A DNA stretch of 60,473 nt, counting the filler. It is 7 parts of 7 records of this genome, joined end to end, with 100 filler letters (N's around TTAATTAATTAA, not from the genome) between each part and the next. Parts side by side here need not be neighbours in the genome. Positions count along the whole stretch, not along the records: positions 38,445 to 48,168 come from SRR31156797_23698; positions 48,269 to 54,760 come from SRR31156797_23722; 5 more parts are not named here. One strand, 5' to 3'. Positions 40,119 to 50,111 of this stretch are shown one piece after another. Each line of letters begins with the position of its first letter. Position 1 is the stretch's first letter. Under the pieces are notes generated by a model. That model worked only from the letters and a program-made list of their open reading frames with translations. It was not told the origin of the DNA and made no database searches. The position numbers and the translations under genes are program-made.

Positions 40119-40949
40119 CTAATGGGCCATCAACGGCAAAGAACAGGGTTTCAACAATCCCGCCCTCTCGGCACGATCCAACAGAACCCTGATGGCCCTT
40201 CGCCCTTCATCACCCAAATCCCTGCTGAACCGGTTCACATAAAGATCAATGTGCTGCCGGATCACCAAAGGGTCCATTTCCTGAGCATGGGAAACAATGT
40301 AATCCTCCACCATGGGTGAACCGCTATTCGCCAGCAAAAGGGATTGACGGATTTGTTCGTCCACTACCCGTGCCGTGCCCTCCCCCAAATCCCTTCGAAT
40401 GGCAATACCCCCTAAGGGGATGGGAAGCCCGGTTTCTTCCTCCCACCACCCACCCAGATCAAGGATGGTCTGAAGGCCGTATTCACTCAGGGTAAACCGT
40501 CCCTCATGGATAACGAGCCCGAAATCGGCTTTTCCATCACGCACCGCCGGCATCACATTCGAAAAAACCATTTGCCGAAATGGCGGTTCATATCCCAGAT
40601 AAAGGGTCAGGAGAAGCCGGGCCGTTGTCAGATTGCCGGGCGCTGCAATCATGCCATCTTTTAATTCTTTCAGATGGGTCCCGCGTCGGGCCACCAGGAT
40701 CGGACCGCAACCCCGTCCCAATGCGCCCCCGGAATGGAGCAAAGCATACTCTTTTTGCACTTTAAAAAAGGCGAAGAAAGAAAGTTTGGTAATATCCAAT
40801 TTCCCCTTCAAAGCCCATCGGTTGAGGGTCTCAACGTCGGCCAGCACCGGTTCAAAGAGTGGGGATGAGTCGTTCTTCCGGACGGAAAGACCGGCGAATA
40901 TATGGGTATCATTGGGGCAGGTGGAGTAACCGATGGTTAGTTTTTTCAA
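40119..40949 (-). CDS. mqnD: 1,4-dihydroxy-6-naphthoate synthase (futalosine pathway)
   Basis: GYSTCPNDT, DVETLN, GGALGRGCGP, IHEGRFT, DLGGWWE..TGLPIPLG, HIDLYVN. Confidence 0.95.
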   Translation of the reverse strand: MKKLTIGYSTCPNDTHIFAGLSVRKNDSSPLFEPVLADVETLNRWALKGKLDITKLSFFAFFKVQKEYALLHSGGALGRGCGPILVARRGTHLKELKDGMIAAPGNLTTARLLLTLYLGYEPPFRQMVFSNVMPAVRDGKADFGLVIHEGRFTLSEYGLQTILDLGGWWEEETGLPIPLGGIAIRRDLGEGTARVVDEQIRQSLLLANSGSPMVEDYIVSHAQEMDPLVIRQHIDLYVNRFSRDLGDEGRRAIRVLLDRAERAGLLKPCSLPLMAH

Positions 40950-41641
40950 AATGTTGTCCTTAAATATTCAAGTATCACTTTCTGAGGTGGAACCATGGCC
41001 TTTTGAAAATCCCAATGGGATTTATCGCGATCACCGGCTCGATTGCTGATACCTCTGATCTCAGCCGTGGGGATCCCAAAATTTTTCCCTGCCAGGGCCA
41101 GGGCGTACCCTTCCATATTTTCGGCAACAGCGTTAAACGCCACGGCCCTGGCGCCGGCATGGTCTTCATCGGCGGAAACCCCGGTAACCGTAAGGATCCC
41201 GGCATAAGTCGCCTTTCCCATATCCATGGCGTGATCAAGCAAAAGGGTGGAAAGCGATCGGTCCAAAAGAATCTCCTGTTTGATCCCCGGCAGTTTCATT
41301 CCATGGGCATTGCCGATACCGGGGCCTGACACAATACCCAGTTCCGACAGGATCTCCGTTTCCGCCACCACCATGTCCCCCACCTCCAATCCGGAATGGG
41401 GCAATGAACCGGCGGAGCCCACCATCACCATGAAGTCCGGCTGCGCCATGCCGCAAAACGCACCCAGCGTCATGCAGGCGGCGGCGACCCCAACGCCCGT
41501 GACCCCCAGGGTCGCCGTATGCCCTCCCATGGCGCCCGAAAACCAGGGGGCCCCGCCCACACGTCCCTTTAGCCGAGCGCCCGTTGCCTCGAGTATCAGG
41601 GATAACTCTTCCTTCATGGCGGCTACGACCCAAAGGTTCAT
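40946..41641 (-). CDS. mqnB: Futalosine hydrolase (MTA/SAH nucleosidase family)
   Basis: TGVG, G.AG, ENMEG, EIRGISNRAGDRDKSHW; overlaps mqnD. Confidence 0.85.
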   Translation of the reverse strand: MNLWVVAAMKEELSLILEATGARLKGRVGGAPWFSGAMGGHTATLGVTGVGVAAACMTLGAFCGMAQPDFMVMVGSAGSLPHSGLEVGDMVVAETEILSELGIVSGPGIGNAHGMKLPGIKQEILLDRSLSTLLLDHAMDMGKATYAGILTVTGVSADEDHAGARAVAFNAVAENMEGYALALAGKNFGIPTAEIRGISNRAGDRDKSHWDFQKAMVPPQKVILEYLRTTF

Positions 41642-42336
41642 TGTTTCACTCCATGTTCAAATCCCTCGGAAGGGGCCATGCCGCATTTCAGGATTTTCAA
41701 AATTTCCTTGATCTCTCGTTTCAAATCCATATGGGATACACGGTTTCCGGCGCTAAGGCGATCCCGAAATTGCGCATGATGGGCATGGACAAAGCGATCC
41801 ACCACCGCTTCCACCATAAACGCCGAAATTTTTGAATCCAGATCGGGTCTCAATTCACCTCGGTCGATCCCCTTTTGAATCAGGGATTCAATAAATTCCA
41901 GCGATTCCCGATGAACTTCTTCCACGATCTCCCGTTTGTACGGCGAATCCCCTGTGAACACAATGCGATAATAAATGGCGGCCAAACCCGGATGGTGATG
42001 GATGAAATCGAGGCCCGCCAGCATCACCTTCTCCAAACGCGTGAAAAAATCCTCGTCCGCGCTTTCATCGCGCACTTGCCTGAGATAATCTTTTACGCGA
42101 CCCAGCGCCATCCGGTATACAAAGGCAAAAAGACCCGCTTTACTCTTGAAATATTTAAACAGCGCACCTTTTGAAATACCGGCCGCCTTAACCACCACAT
42201 TCATACTGGCGTTGTTATAATTTTTGTCCGCGAACTCGTTAATAGCGGCGCCGAGAACCCGTTCCCGTTTCTCCTCATCCAGCTGCAGGAACATCTTTGT
42301 GACAGTGGTTTTCATACCCATTGCGGACAGTCTCAA
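41638..42336 (-). CDS. TetR/AcrR family transcriptional regulator
   Basis: F..L.EEKRERVL.AA..EF, AGISKGALFKYF.SK. True start probably at 42320 or 42314. Confidence 0.9.
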   Translation of the reverse strand: MRLSAMGMKTTVTKMFLQLDEEKRERVLGAAINEFADKNYNNASMNVVVKAAGISKGALFKYFKSKAGLFAFVYRMALGRVKDYLRQVRDESADEDFFTRLEKVMLAGLDFIHHHPGLAAIYYRIVFTGDSPYKREIVEEVHRESLEFIESLIQKGIDRGELRPDLDSKISAFMVEAVVDRFVHAHHAQFRDRLSAGNRVSHMDLKREIKEILKILKCGMAPSEGFEHGVKQ

Positions 42337-42909
42337 TAAAAGGAAAAACGGCCTTTCAAATTTTTAGAAATAAAATTGCACACCCACTTGAACGGCATGG
42401 GTCTGGATGGCATCTCCTCGCAGAAAAATCCCCCCTGTTTCATAATCCTGCTCGCCATCCCCATGAAGAGGTATCCCAAAAGTCCCCATGTAAATGGATG
42501 CCACGCCGTGATTTCGATAACACAATTCGTCTTTTTCATCAAGGATTCACGGTGCGCATCATTTTTTGGCTGCATTTTCCATTTTGGGATGAAAGCGTTC
42601 GGTACATACATTCATGTATGTATGGTTTTGTTTGTTGTCAGAGTTTTTTTAACCCAGAATTGTTGGAGAAATAAAAATGAAATTACCGAAACGTCCTCTT
42701 TTCTGGATGGGTTTATCGGATTTCATCGAGGTTTTGAGCAATACCATTAATGAACCCTTAGAGCCCGGGTTCAATGCTTGGCTCATCATCAAAAATGATT
42801 GATCAACAGGCTGATTAATGGTAGAAAAGACAAATAAAATTGTTATATTTGCAGGTTAAATGTCGTCACATCCATGGCGCGTAAAACCGGATTTAACAGG
42901 AGGTCCCAA

Positions 42910-43227
42910 ATGGCAATTAAAGACCAACAGGAATGGTACAAAAAATTTCATGAGGGAACATTTCTGGTTAAAGGCTGGAAATCCCGAATGAATGATGTTC
43001 TTAAGGGCCTTCCACCCGAGAACAGAGGGGAAATGGGCAAACTTCTGGAAACCTTGGGGAAAAAGATCGGAATGGAGTGGGCCAGGCCGAATGATGTCCG
43101 AAAAATCGACACTGCCCAACTACAACAATGGGGTAAAGACCTTCAAAATGCCAAACAAAAAGGCCCCGAAGCACTGGCCGGTCGGATTCAGCAACTGGAT
43201 GCGGAAGTGGACGAGAAACTCGCCTGA
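42910..43227 (+). CDS. Hypothetical small helical protein
   Basis: AGGAGG RBS before ATG 42910; protein-like LG.KIG.EWARPN.VRKIDT..LQQWG block. Confidence 0.7.
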   Translation: MAIKDQQEWYKKFHEGTFLVKGWKSRMNDVLKGLPPENRGEMGKLLETLGKKIGMEWARPNDVRKIDTAQLQQWGKDLQNAKQKGPEALAGRIQQLDAEVDEKLA

Positions 43228-43262
43228 TGAAAACCTGCGATGTTCTTTTCACAACCTCCGTT

Positions 43263-43289
43263 GGGGCAGACACAGGGGTCTGCCCCTAT
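43263..43289. repeat. GC-rich palindrome (REP-like element or terminator)
   Basis: GGGGCAGAC-ACAGGG-GTCTGCCCC-TAT; the minus strand starts ATAGGGGCAGAC, close to GTAG-type REPs. Confidence 0.55.
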
Positions 43290-43368
43290 CCTAAATTTTA
43301 AAGGCCATTGACAAAATGACGCCATGCGTTATCTTCAGGTTCAATCTAAATCCTAAAAAATATTATTC

Positions 43369-45174
43369 ATGAAAACAGAACAACGTAAAAGCAAACACCC
43401 GGAAAAGCCCGCCACCTCCCCAGATTCCCATAAGAAACACATGCCGGCCCATAATCCTCACCATGCCCCAATGACAAATGAAGTGATTATGATGGCATTG
43501 ATGGGTATTTTGAAACCCCATGACGGTCGAAAAGCAACCCTTCCGAGGATGCGGCAACGTGCCATGAAGCTGCTTAAAGAGGCCAAAAACGGAGGGATGC
43601 TGGAAGATCTGGTCCGTCAGGTGGTTCTATCCACGGGCATCGAGTCTTTTCTGCCCCAACGTTACGCCAAATACCAACCGGTGGTGCGGGAAGGGATGGT
43701 CTTCATGATGTCGTCAATGCCCCTTTCGAGACTGGCCCCTAAAATTGTCGACCAACTCCTCATGCCTGGGGATGCTTCTTTCGGCAAACGTCTTTTCACA
43801 TTGATCAAAGACATGCCCACGCTTCAGAAACTGGGACAGATCATCTGCCGAAGTCCGGGGCTGGAACCGGCCTTCAAAAAGGAACTCATCGATCTGGAAG
43901 ACAACATCCAGACCCTCTCCTACGCCCGGATTCGTCCCTCCCTCTTAAAGGAAATTGACAAGCATCCCCCAGAATATGCCATCATACCCGAGAAACGCAT
44001 CCTGGCCGAAGCATCGGTCTGTGCGGTGGTGCCTGCGCGGATCCTTTCAGACAACGGAAGAAAGACGTCCCGTGCCGTTTTAAAAATCGTCAAACCGAAG
44101 GTCAAAAAGGACATGACAGCGGATCTTGCGCTTCTGGACCAGCTTATGGTGTTCCTGGATCGCAATAAAGAGAACTGGGATCTGGGGGATTTCAATTTCA
44201 GCGCCACCCTGGCCCAGGTGGGCACCATCCTGGCCAATGAGATCAACCTGGAATCGGAGCAACAGAATCTTGATCGAATGAACCGTCATTTCAAGGACAA
44301 CAAGACGGTGGTGGTCCCTGAAAGACTTGCCGTATCCACCCCCGGCCTAACCGCCATGACCCGGGAGGAAGGGAGAAAGATTACGGACGTGGAGGGTCTC
44401 ACGAAAAAACAGCGTCGAAAACTGGCCGGTGCCCTGGCAAAAACGTGCATCCTGCGCCCCATTCAGGACATTCGGGAAGGGGGGCTTTTCCACGGGGACC
44501 CCCACGCCGGGAACATCGCCTATACATTTGTTAAAGGACGTCCCCGTCTCATCTTTTACGACTGGGGGATGCTCGGGCATTTGAACAAGCTTGAGCGATT
44601 CGCCATGATCCTGCTCACCCTGGGACTCATGACCAACAGCACAAACCTGGTCTTCTATACGGCCGACATTATCACAAAGGGGCAGCTTTCCGCCCACCCC
44701 CTTATGCGTAAGGCCATAAAGCGCATTATTGTTGAAGGCATTCAGATGCAGGGTCGGGGAACCAACGGAATGCTCTCCGCCATAGAATACCTGTTTGAAA
44801 AATTCACCCATGAGGGGGTGGTTTTTTCAAGCGATCTCATGATGTATGAAAAGGCCATGGTCACCCTGAGGGGCGTGCTTTCAGACGTGGACCCCACCTT
44901 CAACCGGGATGCATACATGACCTGGGCAGCCATCACATCCCTGGTGGATGATGCGGTCCGCTTCCGCCTCATGAAACTTTTCATGAAGGAGGCCTGGTCC
45001 CTCTATCGCCACAGCCTGACACTCTTCTTTGATATGCAAAAGGTGGTTTTATGGTTCCTCACGGACCTGGCAAGGGTTTCGCTGAAAATCCCCACGGTAT
45101 TCGCCAACACGCCGGCGCCGGTTTATGGCATCAGGTCCGGGGATTTATACGCGTTCCCCCGCACCTCCATCTGA
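43369..45174 (+). CDS. AarF/UbiB (ABC1) atypical kinase family protein
   Basis: KxGQ motif LQKLGQ, AEASV, VLKIVKP, FHGDPHAGN, YDWGM. Confidence 0.88.
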   Translation: MKTEQRKSKHPEKPATSPDSHKKHMPAHNPHHAPMTNEVIMMALMGILKPHDGRKATLPRMRQRAMKLLKEAKNGGMLEDLVRQVVLSTGIESFLPQRYAKYQPVVREGMVFMMSSMPLSRLAPKIVDQLLMPGDASFGKRLFTLIKDMPTLQKLGQIICRSPGLEPAFKKELIDLEDNIQTLSYARIRPSLLKEIDKHPPEYAIIPEKRILAEASVCAVVPARILSDNGRKTSRAVLKIVKPKVKKDMTADLALLDQLMVFLDRNKENWDLGDFNFSATLAQVGTILANEINLESEQQNLDRMNRHFKDNKTVVVPERLAVSTPGLTAMTREEGRKITDVEGLTKKQRRKLAGALAKTCILRPIQDIREGGLFHGDPHAGNIAYTFVKGRPRLIFYDWGMLGHLNKLERFAMILLTLGLMTNSTNLVFYTADIITKGQLSAHPLMRKAIKRIIVEGIQMQGRGTNGMLSAIEYLFEKFTHEGVVFSSDLMMYEKAMVTLRGVLSDVDPTFNRDAYMTWAAITSLVDDAVRFRLMKLFMKEAWSLYRHSLTLFFDMQKVVLWFLTDLARVSLKIPTVFANTPAPVYGIRSGDLYAFPRTSI

Positions 45175-45207
45175 AGCACAAATATTTCTTGATTACTGCC
45201 GAACCGA

Positions 45208-45891
45208 TCACAAAACTTCCACTTCCGGAGAGGTCACCTCCCCCATTCTTTTCAGCACCGGATCCGGAAGCCCTTCATAGAGCTTGAGAAATTTTTTGTT
45301 GATCTCCTTGTTGGCATCTTCAAAAAGGCTCTCTCCGTGCACATTACTTTCCACCATGAAGGGGCCGAAATTCTTTACTTCCAGTACCCACATGGCCTGT
45401 GCCAAACCCAGTTCTTCCTTCCAGGCCACATCTTTTACCCTTACAATGCCTCTTCCGTAAATGGCGCCAAGGCCATATCCCACCGTGGTCAAGTAAATGG
45501 TCCCGTTCGGCATAAATGCATTTTCATATATCTCTTTTTTCATCCCCCCTTTTCCGATGACAAAACGGATGTTATAGCGCCTGAGAAACTCAGGCATGTA
45601 TTTGGCAAAACGGAAACTCGCCGTTGCCGTCACCGACGGAACATTATACACGCCAGGGCCGGTTTCGCTGATGGCCGGGGAGCAGTGAAAGGTGGCGCCT
45701 CCAAGGGTTCGAGGGTCAATGGGCGGCTCCACGTTCTTTTCAAAAATCATATGGTAGAGACCTTCCCTTCCCGTAAAGACCAGGCCGTTTAAAAAAACCG
45801 CATCCCCCAATTCAAGGGATTCAATATCATTTCCCGTGGCAGGGAGTGTTATGCCGATTTCACGAATCTCACCTTTTTTTTGGTTTGTCAT
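45208..45891 (-). CDS. Fe-S hydro-lyase (fumarate hydratase / tartrate dehydratase) beta subunit
   Basis: L.LGD.V.L.G...TGRE, FHCSP, TASFRF, IGKGG, V.NFGP. Start reassigned to ATG 45891, which follows GAGGAG. Confidence 0.88.
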   Translation of the reverse strand: MTNQKKGEIREIGITLPATGNDIESLELGDAVFLNGLVFTGREGLYHMIFEKNVEPPIDPRTLGGATFHCSPAISETGPGVYNVPSVTATASFRFAKYMPEFLRRYNIRFVIGKGGMKKEIYENAFMPNGTIYLTTVGYGLGAIYGRGIVRVKDVAWKEELGLAQAMWVLEVKNFGPFMVESNVHGESLFEDANKEINKKFLKLYEGLPDPVLKRMGEVTSPEVEVL

Positions 45892-45907
45892 CTCTGTACT
45901 CCTCTTT

Positions 45908-46837
45908 TTAATCGATGGTCTCTCTTCGGTAGTACGGGGTAAACCATTGAGGGTCTTCCCGGTACAGAACGGTGTTGTCGGCAAAAAGACGGGCGGTTTT
46001 TCTTCTCTGGGCATAGCAGAACTGTTGGATTCCCACCGGCATCCCGCCGGTGTGGGCGTGCGCCGCTTCAATATGGATATCCAACACCGCGGAATTTCCG
46101 GGAAATCCCATGGGACCGAAGCCCGAACGGTTTCCCAGGGCAATGAGGTCTCTTTCAAGGGATGCAATTTCCGGGTCCGGATTCCTGTCCCCCACAATGC
46201 GCAGGCAGGCCGCTTCCTTTGAAAGCCGGACACAGGTGTCTTTTGTACCACCCACCCCTATGCCGATGACCGCCGGCTGACAAGACATACCGCGGCGGAG
46301 GAATTCGGCGAATGTATCCAGAAAAAACCGTTTGAGACCCGGAATACCGTCCGCGGGAAACAACATCCGATAATCTCCTCCAAAGAGTCCTCCCTTGTGA
46401 ACCACCGTAATATCAATCCAGTCCGCATCAGGCTCAAAGCTGTAATCCACATTGGGAGCGTGAAGCCCCACGTTGTTATTATTGTCTTTCCTTGAAAATG
46501 GATGAACCCGGTTGGGTCGCAGGGGGATACTCCAGGTGGTATCCGCCGTGGCCTGTCTAAGCATCCTCTCCAGGTTCACCATGCCGCCCTCTATCACGGC
46601 GTTATTACCGATTTTGGCATAATAGCGCGGAAGACCGGTGTCCGCGCACATGGGGCGCCGCTCTTTAATGGCGGCATCATAGTTTTCCAGGATCTTCACC
46701 AAAACGTATCGAGAATGCCGGTTTGTCTCCTCCGCCGACAACTGTTCCACCTTTTTTTGTACATCTTTTGGGATCTCGATGGCGGCTTGTACATTCAGTT
46801 CCCGCGCAGACTCAATAATGGTATCCGTCTTTATCAT
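45908..46837 (-). CDS. Fe-S hydro-lyase (fumarate hydratase / tartrate dehydratase) alpha subunit
   Basis: PMCADTG, PLRPN.VHP, KGG, C.P.VIGIGVGGT, GFGPMG, H....PV....C...R. Confidence 0.9.
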   Translation of the reverse strand: MIKTDTIIESARELNVQAAIEIPKDVQKKVEQLSAEETNRHSRYVLVKILENYDAAIKERRPMCADTGLPRYYAKIGNNAVIEGGMVNLERMLRQATADTTWSIPLRPNRVHPFSRKDNNNNVGLHAPNVDYSFEPDADWIDITVVHKGGLFGGDYRMLFPADGIPGLKRFFLDTFAEFLRRGMSCQPAVIGIGVGGTKDTCVRLSKEAACLRIVGDRNPDPEIASLERDLIALGNRSGFGPMGFPGNSAVLDIHIEAAHAHTGGMPVGIQQFCYAQRRKTARLFADNTVLYREDPQWFTPYYRRETID

Positions 46838-46851
46838 GCTGGCTCCTTTCC

Positions 46852-48114
46852 TTACTTCCTTTCCAAAATGGCGCAGATCCCCAATCCCCCGCCCCCACAG
46901 ATGGTCAGAAGGCCGTAGCGGACGTCCTGTCTTATCATTTCGTAAATAAGCGTTGTGAGCCTTATGGAACCCGTTGCCCCGATAGGATGTCCCAGGGAAA
47001 TTCCCGACCCATTGACATTCACCTTTTTCTCCAGATGCTCCGCCCCAATACCCATCAATTTGGCATCTGCAAGGGCTTGCGCGGCAAAGGCCTCCTGGAT
47101 CTCAATGAGATCTATCTGATCGATCTTTAAAGCGGCCTTCTTAAGGGCCTTTTTTACCGCCGCCGGTACCGCGGGATACGTCAAGGTGGGATCGGCCGCG
47201 GCAACGGCGAATGACCTCACATGGACCATGGGCGCCACGCCGCGTTCCCGGGCCTTCCCGGGGGTCGTCAACACCAGGGCCGCGGCGCCGTCATTTTCAC
47301 TCGACGAGTTACCCGCCGTACAAATGCCGTCCTCGTAGACCGTTCTGAGCCTTGCCAGTTTCTCCAGGGCGGCGTCGCGCCGCGGCGTTTCGTCCGTATC
47401 CAGTAAGACCTTTTCCTTCTTCCGCCTTACTTCAACAGGGACAATTTCAGAGCTGAATTTTCCCGAATCAATGGCGGCAACAGCCCGTTGGTGGGAACGC
47501 AACGCCCATCTGTCCGCATCATCCCTGCTGATCCCTTCGTTTTTGGCCGCGGTTTCCGCCCAGGTCATCATTGAATTCAGCTCGCCGAACCGCTCTATGG
47601 GCTGGTGTCTCGGTCTGCCGCGCTGTATCCTGTCATAAAAGGGGAGCCCCCAGAGCCCGAGGCTGCCGTGATGTCGCGGGAAAAACCCCCATTTCGGGTC
47701 AACCCTGCCGCCCACCCCCCATTTGAGAAACTCCCCCGGGATGTAGAATTCGGCGCGACTCATGCTTTCCACCCCGCCGGCAACGATCACCTCCGCATCC
47801 CCTTCCTTTATCTGCAGGGTTGCGGACCAGACGGTTTGCAGTCCGGAACAGCAACGCCTGTCGATGGTGAAACCGGGGACCTCAACGGGCCACCCGGCCT
47901 CAAGTAAGGCCAGTCGCGCCGTATTGGGGCACTCGCCGTTGGCAAAGGATTGCCCCATGATTACCTCTTCGACTTCATCCGGCTTGAAATTTGCCCTTCT
48001 GACCGCTTCATTGAGGACAATGGCGCCAAGTTTTTCCACCGGCACATCCCTGAGCATGCCGCAATATGCGCCGATGGGCGTACGAGCGGCACTGACGATC
48101 ACTACTTCTCGCAT
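46852..48114 (-). CDS. Thiolase (acetyl-CoA acyltransferase)
   Basis: ARTPIG, DRRCCSGL, GGVESMS, TAGNSS..NDGAAA, EIQEAFA, GHPIGATG, ICGGGG; ATG 48114 follows GGAGG. Confidence 0.93.
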   Translation of the reverse strand: MREVVIVSAARTPIGAYCGMLRDVPVEKLGAIVLNEAVRRANFKPDEVEEVIMGQSFANGECPNTARLALLEAGWPVEVPGFTIDRRCCSGLQTVWSATLQIKEGDAEVIVAGGVESMSRAEFYIPGEFLKWGVGGRVDPKWGFFPRHHGSLGLWGLPFYDRIQRGRPRHQPIERFGELNSMMTWAETAAKNEGISRDDADRWALRSHQRAVAAIDSGKFSSEIVPVEVRRKKEKVLLDTDETPRRDAALEKLARLRTVYEDGICTAGNSSSENDGAAALVLTTPGKARERGVAPMVHVRSFAVAAADPTLTYPAVPAAVKKALKKAALKIDQIDLIEIQEAFAAQALADAKLMGIGAEHLEKKVNVNGSGISLGHPIGATGSIRLTTLIYEMIRQDVRYGLLTICGGGGLGICAILERK

Positions 48115-48168
48115 GGCTTCCTCCGTCAAATAAGGGTCTCGGAAAAAAATAAATCTGCCAGATTGCGC

Positions 48169-48268
48169 NNNNNNNNNNNNNNNNNNNNNNNNNNNNNNNN
48201 NNNNNNNNNNNNTTAATTAATTAANNNNNNNNNNNNNNNNNNNNNNNNNNNNNNNNNNNNNNNNNNNN
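48169..48268. other. Artificial contig linker
   Basis: N44-TTAATTAATTAA-N44. Confidence 0.99.
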
Positions 48269-49991
48269 GGGGAAGGCCCTCGTTCGGAAACATACCGCCA
48301 TGATAATGACCGGCGAGCCTTTCAGTATCGAGAACAGGCATCTGAGGAAGGACGGTACAGTCTTTCACGTGGCCGTTCAGGCCAAAAGGATCGATATTGG
48401 AGATAATCCACCTCTCATCCTGACCACCGAATACGATATCACCGAGAAAGTTCTCGCCCGGGAAAAACTTCAGGAAAGTGAAGAGCGGTTTCGAAGAGCG
48501 TTCGTCAACCTCGCTATTCCGATCATGATCCATGCCGAAGATGGGACTGTTCTGCAAATCAATAATAAGTGGCTGAATCTGACCGGCTACACCTTTGAGG
48601 AGATCGACACCATCGAGAAATGGACCTCCAGGGCTTACGGCAAGAACGGTCCGGAGGTTAAAGAATACATTGCTTCACTCTTTTTATCCGGTTCGGAAAA
48701 GAAAAGTGGAGAATTTACAATCAGGAAAAAGAACGGGGAGGCTGCTGTTTGGGATTTCTCCAGCACCCCCCTGGGGGAGCTGCCGGACGGAAGGAAAATC
48801 CTTATCACTTCTGTGACTGATGTTACCGAAAGGGTAAAGATGCAGGCCGAGATTAATCATGCCGAAAAAATGACGGCCGTCGGCCAGTTGGCCGGAGGGA
48901 TAGCCCATGATTTTAACAACCAGTTGGGAGGAATCCTGGGATATCTTGAATTGCTCAAAGTAAAATCAATAGAAGATGCCGAAACTGTCCGTATGCTCAA
49001 TCAAATGGAAAAATGTGTGGACAGGGCGAAGAGTCTGACATCTCAACTGCTTTCCTTCTCGCGAAAAGGGAAAATACTTCATGAACCTTTTGATGTTCAG
49101 CAGATCGTAGTCGATGTGGCCGGCATTCTGGAACACAGTATCAACAAAAACATCCGGCTTGAGATTCAATCTGAAGAGGGAGAAAGAATCGTGTCGGGAG
49201 ATGCTTCACAAATTAATAACGCTCTCCTGAACATTGCCCTGAATGCGAGAGATGCTATGCCCAGCGGCGGTTCCCTGATTTTCAGGACTCTTCTCCAAGA
49301 AATGAGCAGTGAAAAAATTCAGAAAGCGGGGCTTGAAATCAGTCCGGGTCTTTATGCTCTCGTTGAAGTCTCTGATACCGGCGATGGAATGGACCAGGAG
49401 ATTCTGAGGCATGCCCTTGAGCCCTTTTTTACGACAAAAGACCCCGGTAAGGGGACGGGAATGGGCCTTTCGGCGGCCTATGGAGCTGCTCGATCCCACA
49501 AGGGAGATTTATTGATCCGAAGTGAAGAGGGAAAAGGTACGAAGGTAGGCTTTTACCTTCCTCTCAGTGACAAAGCAGTCTCCCGGAGGGTGAATGGGCC
49601 GGCCGCTCTTGAGCCCGCTGCCGGGGTGGGATTGGTTCTCCTTGTAGATGATGACAGGGCTGTGTGCGACGTTGGAAAATCCATGCTGACTCGTCTGGGG
49701 TATAAAGTGGAAGCGTTTCTGGATCCCCAGGAAGCCATTTTGTTTTTTGAGCAGACCTGGTCTGAGGTACAGGTTGCTGTGATTGATATGATTATGCCTG
49801 GCTTAAGCGGCCGGGAATTCTATGAGGGTTTGAGAGCGATTGATCCCGATGTCAAGGTGATATTGGCTTCGGGATACAGTCTCGAGGGCGAGGCGCAGAG
49901 CCTGCTGGATTCGGGGGTGAAAAGCTTCATCGGCAAACCTTTCTCCATGAAAGAGCTCGGGCATGTGCTTCGGGAGGTCGTCGAAGGATGA
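48269..49991 (+). CDS. PAS hybrid sensor histidine kinase, 5'-partial
   Basis: [37 protein letters not shown]-terminal REC. Confidence 0.9.
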
Positions 49992-50111
49992 ACTCTTTGA
50001 GAATAACGACTGGAGAAACGGAATTTTAAGAATCAGGAGATCTTTTCGATGACAGAGGGACATCTGAAGCCCTTCAGAAGGACCCGGTTCTGGAAGTGGA
50101 CTGAGCGTATT

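Noticed and set aside
42333-42802. ORFs 42333-42611 (-), 42376-42750 (+) and a 41-aa ORF at 42677-42802 (+)
   Set aside because: No motifs and mutually overlapping; the region is more likely a divergent promoter. The 41-aa ORF has a GGAG but no other support.
45892-46251. N-terminal extension of the hydro-lyase beta ORF (possible frameshift fusion)
   Set aside because: It overlaps the alpha gene. Alpha has its own stop and beta its own RBS and ATG, as expected for two-subunit enzymes.
38533-48133. Numerous antisense and alternate-frame ORFs in contig 5 (likewise 55631-56797, 51690-52229 and 18267-18713)
   Set aside because: Shadows of well-supported genes, with no recognisable motifs.
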